DNA of 45,069 nt. Source: a virus (Duplodnaviria; Caudoviricetes). The DNA is taken from IMG/VR virus record IMGVR_UViG_3300032279_000442, positions 1 to 45,069 of that record, one strand, 5' to 3'. Shown here piece after piece: positions 37,572 to 45,069 of the stretch. How positions within the stretch are numbered: position 1 is the stretch's first letter; every line of letters begins with the position of its first letter. The position numbers and the translations under genes were made by a program. The notes under the pieces are model-generated. The model had not been told where the DNA came from, did no database searches, and saw nothing but the letters and a program-made list of their open reading frames with translations.

Positions 37572-39644
37572 ATGAGTCTCGGCAGGGACAAACGGCGATT
37601 ATTGGACGGGTTCCGCGGGCTACCGCTGGGCATGGACGGGTCGAAAGACCCGACCCTCGTTCCCAACGGCTCGGCGTTTTACGCTCAGAATGTCACTTTT
37701 CGAGGCGGGAGCGGGCCCAAGACGCGCCCTGGATTTTCCTACAAAACCCTTTCTGGCACTGGAAGCGGCACGCTGAAAGATGGCAAGCTCTTTCAAGGCT
37801 GGGGCGTTTACAATTTGGCTCTAGCGGGGCAGCAGAGCTGCATCCTCGCGGCGGTGGATGGGAACATACTGCAAATTACTCCTAGTGGCACGGGCAGTTT
37901 GGCGGTCGAAAATCTCTCGTCTTCGACGGGGCTCAAGATGAGCACCTCGAAACCGGTGTATTTTTGCCAAGCGGGTCGGTTTGTGGTAATTCAAGACGGC
38001 ATATCAAGCCCTTTAATTTTTGTTTCCAATGTCAGTCCTAAACTGCAAACCGCTGCGTCTTTTACTCAGTCTGCGTTGAAGGGGATCGCGTCGGTTCCGA
38101 CGGGCACGCACATGGCTTACGGGCAGGGGAGGTTGTATGTGGCAGTGACGGAAAGCGCGATTCGGGCGGGGGACATCGCATTTGGTGGGTCCACAAGCAA
38201 AAAGAAAATCATATCGTCCGCGATCGCTGCCGATGGAAAAAAACAAGTGTTTACGATCGACGGAGGGAACCCTTTTACAAATGGTCAGTATGTGACGATC
38301 CAGGCTCACACTTCGCTAAACCTCGTGGATGGAACCTACGAAATCATCGAGCGCACCAACACCACTTTCACAATCTATGTGGATGCGGGCTCCGACGGAG
38401 TAAGCGGCTGGGTGAGCGCCTTCAATGCGGGGCAGGACATAGATGTGCTCCACTTCAGCGAGCATGGGTTTATCAACGAAGGCGGTGATTTGATTATCCC
38501 TGCCGAGCTAGGGCAAATCCGAGCTTTGACCTTTCTGCCCGTGCAAGACACAGCGGCAGGGCAGGGCGATCTGGTGGCGTTCTGCGAGCGCGGAGCGGCT
38601 ACCTTTGCGGTGAGCTTGCCCCGCACAAGTTGGAAAGAAACGCAGGGCTTCCAGAAAATTTTATTTTTGAATGTCGGCATGGTGGGAGAGAGCGTCTGCC
38701 CTGTGAACGGAGACTTGTATTTCCGCTCGATGGACGGCAATGGCATCCGCAGCTATCGCAACGCCCGAGCGGAGTTTGCAGGCGCGGGGCAGACGCCGCT
38801 TTCTTCCGAGATCGACCCGATCCTAACCCGCGACACAGAGTTTCTTTTGGAGAAGGATGTGAGGGTGCAGTCGGTAGGCAATTTGTTGAGCGTAGGGGTG
38901 AGCCTCATTGCGTTTGACAACCGCCTCTTGATGACTTGTCTGCCAAAAACCCAAACCGCCGAAGCGGGTTCGGGCCAACCGTATTTCACCAAGTTCACGG
39001 GAATCGCCGCGCTGGATTTTAAGTCGGTATCGGGGAACATGGGCAAGTCAAACTCGGTGTATGACGGAGTGTGGACGGGCATCGACGCGTTGAGTTTGGC
39101 CTCGGGCAACTTCGACGGGGTGCGGCGGGCGTTTGCGTTTTGCTACCACAATAGCAACCATGAGATTTGGGAGATCACGAAGGACGCCGAGGCGGACACA
39201 GGAGTAAACGGAAAGAGCAACATCGTGTGCTCGGTGACTACGAAGAACTTCGACATGGAATACCCGCTCATGCTCAAGAAGCTCCTGCGGTGCGACCTGT
39301 GGTTCGACTCGATCAGCGGCGGGCCGACTTCCGCTCTCGACATCACGCTCTACTACCGCCCCGACTCCAGCCCGAAATACATCGAGTGGGCGACATGGCA
39401 GAGGTGCTTTACGACCCAATACACAGCGGGCGTGGCGGCGATCGACTTGACGACTCCCTTCGCCAAGGGCTACGCGCCGCAGCTTCGTTCCCCAACTCCT
39501 CCGCAAACGGACAATGCCATCACGGGGGTCCCTGACAACCTCGGCTACGATTTTGGCTTCAAGGTCAAGTGGGTCGGGCACGGGCGGTTGGCGCGGTTGA
39601 TGGTTCACGCGCTGGAGGCGGTCGAGAATGTGGGAGGTGGGTAA
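37572..39644 (+). CDS. Podovirus tail tubular / DNA-stabilisation (nozzle)-like protein
   Basis: 690 aa beta-rich protein after the capsid gene; NVTFRGG..KTRPG N-terminus typical of P22 gp10/T7 gp12-type positions (inference). Confidence 0.65.
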   Translation: MSLGRDKRRLLDGFRGLPLGMDGSKDPTLVPNGSAFYAQNVTFRGGSGPKTRPGFSYKTLSGTGSGTLKDGKLFQGWGVYNLALAGQQSCILAAVDGNILQITPSGTGSLAVENLSSSTGLKMSTSKPVYFCQAGRFVVIQDGISSPLIFVSNVSPKLQTAASFTQSALKGIASVPTGTHMAYGQGRLYVAVTESAIRAGDIAFGGSTSKKKIISSAIAADGKKQVFTIDGGNPFTNGQYVTIQAHTSLNLVDGTYEIIERTNTTFTIYVDAGSDGVSGWVSAFNAGQDIDVLHFSEHGFINEGGDLIIPAELGQIRALTFLPVQDTAAGQGDLVAFCERGAATFAVSLPRTSWKETQGFQKILFLNVGMVGESVCPVNGDLYFRSMDGNGIRSYRNARAEFAGAGQTPLSSEIDPILTRDTEFLLEKDVRVQSVGNLLSVGVSLIAFDNRLLMTCLPKTQTAEAGSGQPYFTKFTGIAALDFKSVSGNMGKSNSVYDGVWTGIDALSLASGNFDGVRRAFAFCYHNSNHEIWEITKDAEADTGVNGKSNIVCSVTTKNFDMEYPLMLKKLLRCDLWFDSISGGPTSALDITLYYRPDSSPKYIEWATWQRCFTTQYTAGVAAIDLTTPFAKGYAPQLRSPTPPQTDNAITGVPDNLGYDFGFKVKWVGHGRLARLMVHALEAVENVGGG

Positions 39645-42560
39645 ATGTGGGTAGGGTTCCATAATGGGGACGGTTCCTTAAAAACAAGGATCGTCTTAAA
39701 GAACCCTTACACAAACCCGAGCACGCCTTATTCGTCTAGTGGGCAGTTTGAAAATACTTTTAACGGGGAGGCGTTAAACTCCGCAGGGACTAGGGTTGCG
39801 GGGCCCACTTTATTTCGCTGCACATCAGGGACAAATTATTTTAATATCCCTGGCGGCGGGTTTTTTGTTATTTCCCCAGTTACATCAGGGGCTAATGACT
39901 CTTATGGGTTTAATTTGGAATGGCCCGACACTAGATCGTCTCAAACAATTTCCTTTGATAAAATACAAAATGTAATTGTTGGTCAATCAGTTACTCTTTC
40001 TGCGACGGCGAGTTCAGGGTTAGCTGTAACTTTTAACGCAAGCCCTTCTTCAGTTGCGTCTGTTTCTGGGAATGTTTTAATCGTCAAGAGCGCAGGATCA
40101 TTTACGGTATCGGCTAGACAAGCGGGGGACTCCACATATTTGCCCGCAAGCGCAGCGCAGACAATTACTTCGCTTGCGCCTCAGACGATCACTTTCAAAA
40201 TTCCTAAAGTCCCCCGAACATACACCGAGGACGACGGTTCGATTGTCAACGAAGAGTTGGAAATTTATGAGACTTTCGTAGATGACTCTCCCGAAAGCGC
40301 CACGGTTATCCTGCAAGCGTCATCTGACTCTGGATTGACCGAGTTCACTTATACCTCCAGCGACCCCGCAGTCGCTCTCGTGTTTGACGGCAACAAGCTC
40401 AAGATGCTTCAACGGGCCGAGGTGACAATTACTGCGACACAGCCTGGGGATACTCAATACAACTCCGCATCCGCATCTGCTACAATTTCGCCCACTGCTT
40501 TACCGGCCCCTCAAACGCTGACAGTTACGATCCCAGGGGTGATGAAAGTTGGGGGCACCGCGAATTTTTCGGTTAGCTCCTCGGCGGGGTTCACGGTGTC
40601 TGTAAGTAGTTTTTCGCCGGAAATTATCGAGATCGTTGGAAGCCAGCTTCGCGCTTTGTTACCTGGAGGGGCGATCATTGAGTTCAGCGCCCCAGGAAAT
40701 GAAACCTACGCGGAAATTACGGAATTTTTTTTTGTTTTTGTAGAAGGCTTGCCCCAGACCGTGACTTTTTCTCCAGTTCCTTCGTTGGCAGTCGGAGATG
40801 AAGTGACCTTGAGTGCCACTTCCAGCGCGGGACTCGCTGTTACCTTTTCAAGCTCCGACCCGTTAATTATGTCGGTGACGGGGGCAATACTTAAAATCCT
40901 TCGACAAGGGTATGCCACGATCACCGCGACCGCGGCTACAAGCCCGATTTACAGCGCAGCATCGGCTTCGCAAGATGTGGTGGTCGGCAGTAGCGGGCAG
41001 TCGATTATTTTCCCCGCGATCCCAGAGGTTCCCTATGGCGCGGCGGGGTATGTGGTCGCGGTGTTTGCGACTTCTGGGTTGCCGGTGACGCTGGCAAGCT
41101 CGAACCCCTCGGTGGCAATCGTGCTGGGAAACACGCTTTCGATCCGCGGGGTAGGGACGACTACGATTACCGCATCTCAAGAGGGCAACCCTTTTTGGCT
41201 TCCTGCGACATCCCAGCAACAACTCTTGCGAGTGGTCAAAGCCGAGCAAGGTCTGAACTTTACGCGCCCTCCTTCATTGATCCCTGTCGGGGATCGTGTG
41301 CTGTTGGGGGCCTCGACGACTTCCGGCGAACCGGCGCAATTTTTTGCAACGGGGGCGCTGGCTATTGAAGATGGATATTTGGCTGGGAAGATCATCGGAG
41401 TCGGAACCGTAACCGCGACGGTGGCGGAGACGGACCTCTACAAGCCCGCATCGGTTACTTACGAAGTGACCGTCGGGAAGCTGGATCAGGCGATTTCATT
41501 TGCTGATGTCCAAATCAAATCGTTTACCGATTTTCCGTTTCGGCTGGATGTTTCCTCGAACTCTCAGTTGTCCGTGGCGCTCACAAGCTCGAACTCTTCA
41601 ATTATCGAAATTACGGATGGCAACTTGGCGACCATCAAGGGCACTGGGGTTGTAACGATTGAAGCGGCTCAAACGGGGGACTCGACTTACAACCCCGCGC
41701 CGAGTGTGACTCGACAAATCGCCGTGGAGCGAGGCGTGCAGGCTATCGCGTTTCAAGACATCGCTCCGGTGGCTTTTGGGGTGCCTAGTTTCTCTTTGAG
41801 CGCCAGCGCCCCAGGGGGAAGTGTGGCGTTCGCATCTTCCAACCTCTCGGTGGCGCGGGTGCAAAATGGGAATCAACTCGTGATTCAAGGGCTGGGGGTA
41901 GCGCGGATCATCGCCACGCAGGTAGGGAACCAAAATTATTTTTCCACCTCGGCGGTGCAATCTGTGATCGTGCTACCGACGATCTCAAGTGCGGTAGGGG
42001 TGACAAAGGGTAACGATGACACGGAAGCTCATAGCAGCCTCACAAGCTCGCCTGCGAGCGGAGTTCCTGCGTTCGTCGTCTCCGCGCCAAGCATTGAAGA
42101 TCGGGAGACGCACCTGTCGATTTCTCCAAGCCCCGCGCTAAACTGTGGCGGTTCTCAAATATCCCTAGGAACTCGCGATACGGAGGACCACCAATCGCTG
42201 ACGGCATCCCCAGGGTTTTCTGGGGCGGCGTTTAATATGGGATCGGTGCAGCAAGGAACCGATGAATCGGGGTATTCGGTATCTCTGTCTCCGGCCTACA
42301 CGGGGGCTTCTCCCGCTGTCGGAGCCGCTACGGAGTTTGACATCTCGGATTACCGCGCTTGGTTGGCCTCTGCCGCAAGCTCTGCATCTCCGGTCGTGGC
42401 GCGGTATGACGGGCGCAACGAGTTTGAGGTGTATTTCGCGCCGACCGCGTATGAGCCGGTGGGCTTCTTGAAATGGGCGAAGAGTGGAGTTTCGGGGCGA
42501 ATCTTGAACCGAAGAACCAATGAAGACGGAGTCGAACTAAAAGGAAAAATAGCAATATGA
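39645..42560 (+). CDS. Large protein with tandem Ig-like repeats
   Basis: About eight 80-aa repeats Q(T/S/A)I(T/S)F...A(T/S)SGL.V...SS(N/D)PxVA...G..TITAxQxG..Y. Confidence 0.8.
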   Translation: MWVGFHNGDGSLKTRIVLKNPYTNPSTPYSSSGQFENTFNGEALNSAGTRVAGPTLFRCTSGTNYFNIPGGGFFVISPVTSGANDSYGFNLEWPDTRSSQTISFDKIQNVIVGQSVTLSATASSGLAVTFNASPSSVASVSGNVLIVKSAGSFTVSARQAGDSTYLPASAAQTITSLAPQTITFKIPKVPRTYTEDDGSIVNEELEIYETFVDDSPESATVILQASSDSGLTEFTYTSSDPAVALVFDGNKLKMLQRAEVTITATQPGDTQYNSASASATISPTALPAPQTLTVTIPGVMKVGGTANFSVSSSAGFTVSVSSFSPEIIEIVGSQLRALLPGGAIIEFSAPGNETYAEITEFFFVFVEGLPQTVTFSPVPSLAVGDEVTLSATSSAGLAVTFSSSDPLIMSVTGAILKILRQGYATITATAATSPIYSAASASQDVVVGSSGQSIIFPAIPEVPYGAAGYVVAVFATSGLPVTLASSNPSVAIVLGNTLSIRGVGTTTITASQEGNPFWLPATSQQQLLRVVKAEQGLNFTRPPSLIPVGDRVLLGASTTSGEPAQFFATGALAIEDGYLAGKIIGVGTVTATVAETDLYKPASVTYEVTVGKLDQAISFADVQIKSFTDFPFRLDVSSNSQLSVALTSSNSSIIEITDGNLATIKGTGVVTIEAAQTGDSTYNPAPSVTRQIAVERGVQAIAFQDIAPVAFGVPSFSLSASAPGGSVAFASSNLSVARVQNGNQLVIQGLGVARIIATQVGNQNYFSTSAVQSVIVLPTISSAVGVTKGNDDTEAHSSLTSSPASGVPAFVVSAPSIEDRETHLSISPSPALNCGGSQISLGTRDTEDHQSLTASPGFSGAAFNMGSVQQGTDESGYSVSLSPAYTGASPAVGAATEFDISDYRAWLASAASSASPVVARYDGRNEFEVYFAPTAYEPVGFLKWAKSGVSGRILNRRTNEDGVELKGKIAI

Positions 42561-43912
42561 GCGACAAACTAATCTCCGAACTGGAGGAAAAAACAGGAGT
42601 CGTGGACTCCGATCAAATGGCGGTGGAGGGCGGCGGGGTGACTTGGCGGCTTCCGCTTCTCAAGCTGCGGGAATACCTGTTCGGGATTTTTGCAGTATGG
42701 GCGGGGGCGACCTCGAAAAGCGACTTCCTGTTGTTAAAGCGGTTTGGCGGCGATGCGGTCTATCGAGTGAGTCTGGACAATCTCTTGCCTGATGCGGTGG
42801 TGAAGACAAAGCACCTTGAAGATAGCGTCTCCGCGGACTCAGGCATTACCGCCGCAAAGATTGCTCCAGCCGCAGTGACCCACCCGAAACTTGCGATCGA
42901 CTCGGTTCACACCCACAACATCGCCAACGCCGAGGCCACGAGTTTTGCCAACTGGACTTCAAAGGATTTTGGAACTGGCGTGACCACGGCAAAGATTGTG
43001 GATGGCGCGGTGACAGGGGCTAAAGGCGGCGTGCCGGTGGGGGCGGTGTTTCATTTTGCGGGAAGCAAAGCCCCCGTGGGGTATGTGGCGTGCAACGGAA
43101 ATTTGCTCCCGGCGTTTGACGCGAACAACCCTGGGGCGACCTACACCTCGGCGGACAACATCGAGTCGATCCCCGTGTGGCGGCTTCAGGACTTGCGAAA
43201 CCATTTGGGGACGCAGTTTGGCGTTCAAGGCAAGCTGCCTGATCTGCAGGGAATTTTTGTGCGGGGGTCGGGGAGAAACTCGGTTGCCACAACGAGGGTG
43301 AAGATCAAGCAGGATAACGCGGGGACTTCGGGCAATGTGTTCTGGGGCTCCAGCGAAACCAACGAGGAGCGGCCCAGCACGGTCTCTTACACGATCGAAT
43401 TTTATTCGGATGCGAATTTTGTGACTGCGACGGGGAGCCTCACTTACACTTTGGCGCAGTCGTTGGCGTTTTCCCCGCCGCATCAAATCACGGGGCACGC
43501 CAGAAAATTTTACATGGTCTATGCGAATAAAGGCGCGGTTTCCGGCTCCCTAGGAACAGTGCAGCAGGATGCCATGCAGCAGCATTTTCACAACACGATT
43601 GATCCTAGGCATACTCATGGAGCGGAAGGCCAATGGAAGAACACAAATCACAGCCACGAAATTAAATATAACATTCGCAATGACTTGCAAGGTGGTGGCG
43701 GCAGCCAGGCCGTGAATCACCTCGGATGGAATGGGAACTCAACGAGCTATACTAAGGATATTGACTTAGGGTTCTGCGGAGACTGTGTCGATGTAAGTGT
43801 GGACTCTGCGAGCACCGGCATCACCATTTCCCGTTACCCCAACATTGCTTTCAAAGTGCCTGATGAGACGCGCCCTGTGAACATGGCGCTTTTGGCTTGC
43901 ATAAAGTATTAA
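42557..43912 (+). CDS. Tail fibre protein with phage tail collar domain
   Basis: VPVGAVFHFAGSKAPVGYVACNG...LPDLQGIFVRG, HxH motifs, C-terminal ETRPVNMALLACIKY. Confidence 0.88.
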   Translation: MSDKLISELEEKTGVVDSDQMAVEGGGVTWRLPLLKLREYLFGIFAVWAGATSKSDFLLLKRFGGDAVYRVSLDNLLPDAVVKTKHLEDSVSADSGITAAKIAPAAVTHPKLAIDSVHTHNIANAEATSFANWTSKDFGTGVTTAKIVDGAVTGAKGGVPVGAVFHFAGSKAPVGYVACNGNLLPAFDANNPGATYTSADNIESIPVWRLQDLRNHLGTQFGVQGKLPDLQGIFVRGSGRNSVATTRVKIKQDNAGTSGNVFWGSSETNEERPSTVSYTIEFYSDANFVTATGSLTYTLAQSLAFSPPHQITGHARKFYMVYANKGAVSGSLGTVQQDAMQQHFHNTIDPRHTHGAEGQWKNTNHSHEIKYNIRNDLQGGGGSQAVNHLGWNGNSTSYTKDIDLGFCGDCVDVSVDSASTGITISRYPNIAFKVPDETRPVNMALLACIKY

Positions 43913-43931
43913 CCTAGTTTATTCATACCCT

Positions 43932-44618
43932 ATGACGCCGTTGCAATATGGAACCCTTGTGCCGGGGGAGGATACCTACCCCAACGCGCCGCAAGTTTTG
44001 TTGCAACGATTTGCAGGTAATCTTTTTGTGCCGGAGCAGCCGCAGAGTTTTTACAATTTGAGTGCGCCGGATACCGTGCCGACCAATGCGCTGTGGCTGG
44101 ATAGCCGAAACGGAGCTCTGAAAGTCAATAAGTCGTTGACTTGGGTGAACATCCTCGGAGGAAACTCCGCATTCCGAACCTCCCCGAATAATGGGGCAGT
44201 TTTGGCGGGGACCAACATTTTTAACAAGTCGGCTGCCCCCACTTCAAATAGAGGGGTCGAGGTTGCCAACCTGTCTTTCTCCCCTAGGGCGGTGGGGAAC
44301 CGTGTTTTGGTGGTGGCGCAAGTGCCTGCGATCACAAGCTCGGAGAATGATGTAACGGCTTTTGCCATGCTGAACGCAGGAAGCACTCCGATTGCATTGA
44401 GCGCGGCGCTTTGCCGAGCCGGTGTATTAACCTCTCTTTTTCTGATGGGTTTGCACCTCCCCTCGGTGTCCGAAGTAACCTCCGGCCTTACTTACTCACT
44501 TCGGATCGGAACCGATAGCCCGACCAGTGCCCTTTATTTCAACCGCACGGCGGGGACGGACGCCTTCGGGAATTTTCTTAATGTCCAGATCGTCGCCACG
44601 GAACTCCCTGTAAACTGA
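43932..44618 (+). CDS. Hypothetical tail-associated protein
   Basis: ACCCT-ATG start, beta-rich, within the tail cluster. Confidence 0.65.
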   Translation: MTPLQYGTLVPGEDTYPNAPQVLLQRFAGNLFVPEQPQSFYNLSAPDTVPTNALWLDSRNGALKVNKSLTWVNILGGNSAFRTSPNNGAVLAGTNIFNKSAAPTSNRGVEVANLSFSPRAVGNRVLVVAQVPAITSSENDVTAFAMLNAGSTPIALSAALCRAGVLTSLFLMGLHLPSVSEVTSGLTYSLRIGTDSPTSALYFNRTAGTDAFGNFLNVQIVATELPVN

Positions 44619-45069
44619 TGTCAACCTTTGCCGCCGCCAGAACTGCTCTCGCGCCCTATGTGGACAATGGGGTGAACTCGACGGACACGACTCGGATCGA
44701 CTCGCGGATCAACGAGGCGCAGCGGCGGTTGATCGACCAATACAATTTCATCGTCCGGCGGGAGGAATTGGAGCGGCCTGTGCTGAACTACTCGGCCTCG
44801 CCGACAAATCTTATTCTTCCAAATTTAGACGCCACAAAAGTAATGATCCTCTGCCTTTGGCGCGAGGAGAACAATGAGTTGGAAATGGCTTCGGGGTTGG
44901 AGCAAAAAGCCATTGGGATGATCGAGCGGGATATTTTGCAAGTGGTCGAAACTTCGCGTCGCGCCGAATACCAGGGACTCGAAAGCACTAAATCCTTCAA
45001 CACCCTGGGGGGCCTCGTGGGGCGCTTGGGGTTGGAGACGATCCCCCGCTACCGCGTGCCCTCTAACCG
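44618..45069 (+). CDS. Putative tail adaptor/tubular protein, truncated by the window end
   Basis: TGATG coupling; open to the end: MSTFAAARTALAPYVDNGV...RINEAQRRLIDQY... Confidence 0.6.
   Translation, partial: MSTFAAARTALAPYVDNGVNSTDTTRIDSRINEAQRRLIDQYNFIVRREELERPVLNYSASPTNLILPNLDATKVMILCLWREENNELEMASGLEQKAIGMIERDILQVVETSRRAEYQGLESTKSFNTLGGLVGRLGLETIPRYRVPSN

Larger units (their letters stand above)
1..45069. mobile_element. Temperate tailed bacteriophage genome (podovirus-like), excised form, incomplete at the right end
   Basis: Terminase, portal, scaffold, capsid, tail, lysis, DNA polymerase A, primase and integrase genes in two divergent arms; attP-like site intact next to the integrase; no host housekeeping genes. 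Confidence 0.95.

Noticed and set aside
4135-43400. Frequent CGATCG and a few GCGATCGC (HIP1) sites
   Set aside because: Modest excess that common codons (GCG-ATC-G) can explain; needs a codon-shuffle test before any claim

Overview
This window is most of a temperate dsDNA tailed-phage genome with a podovirus-like layout, truncated on the right inside the tail genes. It has two divergent arms. The minus-strand arm (about 223-14032) carries a tyrosine integrase, three small RHH-like regulators, an excisionase-like HTH, a Holliday-junction resolvase, a DUF6378-like protein, an SF2 helicase fused to a Cas4-like nuclease, a putative SSB, a C5 DNA methyltransferase, a family-A DNA polymerase, a primase, a helicase/NTPase and an NrdR-type Zn-ribbon protein. 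The plus-strand arm (14299-end) carries the terminase, an 11.5 kb block of collagen/coiled-coil/adhesin fibre genes, lysis genes, portal, scaffold, major capsid and tail proteins. The spacer between the arms holds an intact attP-like site whose 20-bp core parses as a tRNA 3' end. The host is tentatively a PVC-group (Verrucomicrobia-like) bacterium; this is inference only. Best findings: (1) the 1.4 kb methyltransferase locus is dual-coded, with two frames starting at one ATGTG, ending within 5 nt of each other and splitting the conserved motifs between them; (2) the palindrome CCCTAGGG occurs at least 14 times, mostly through AGG or CTA codons; (3) further overprinted genes occur at primase/helicase and a small peptide; (4) a TGTAATAACC leader motif recurs genome-wide. 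All calls are from motif recognition by eye; no database search was run.
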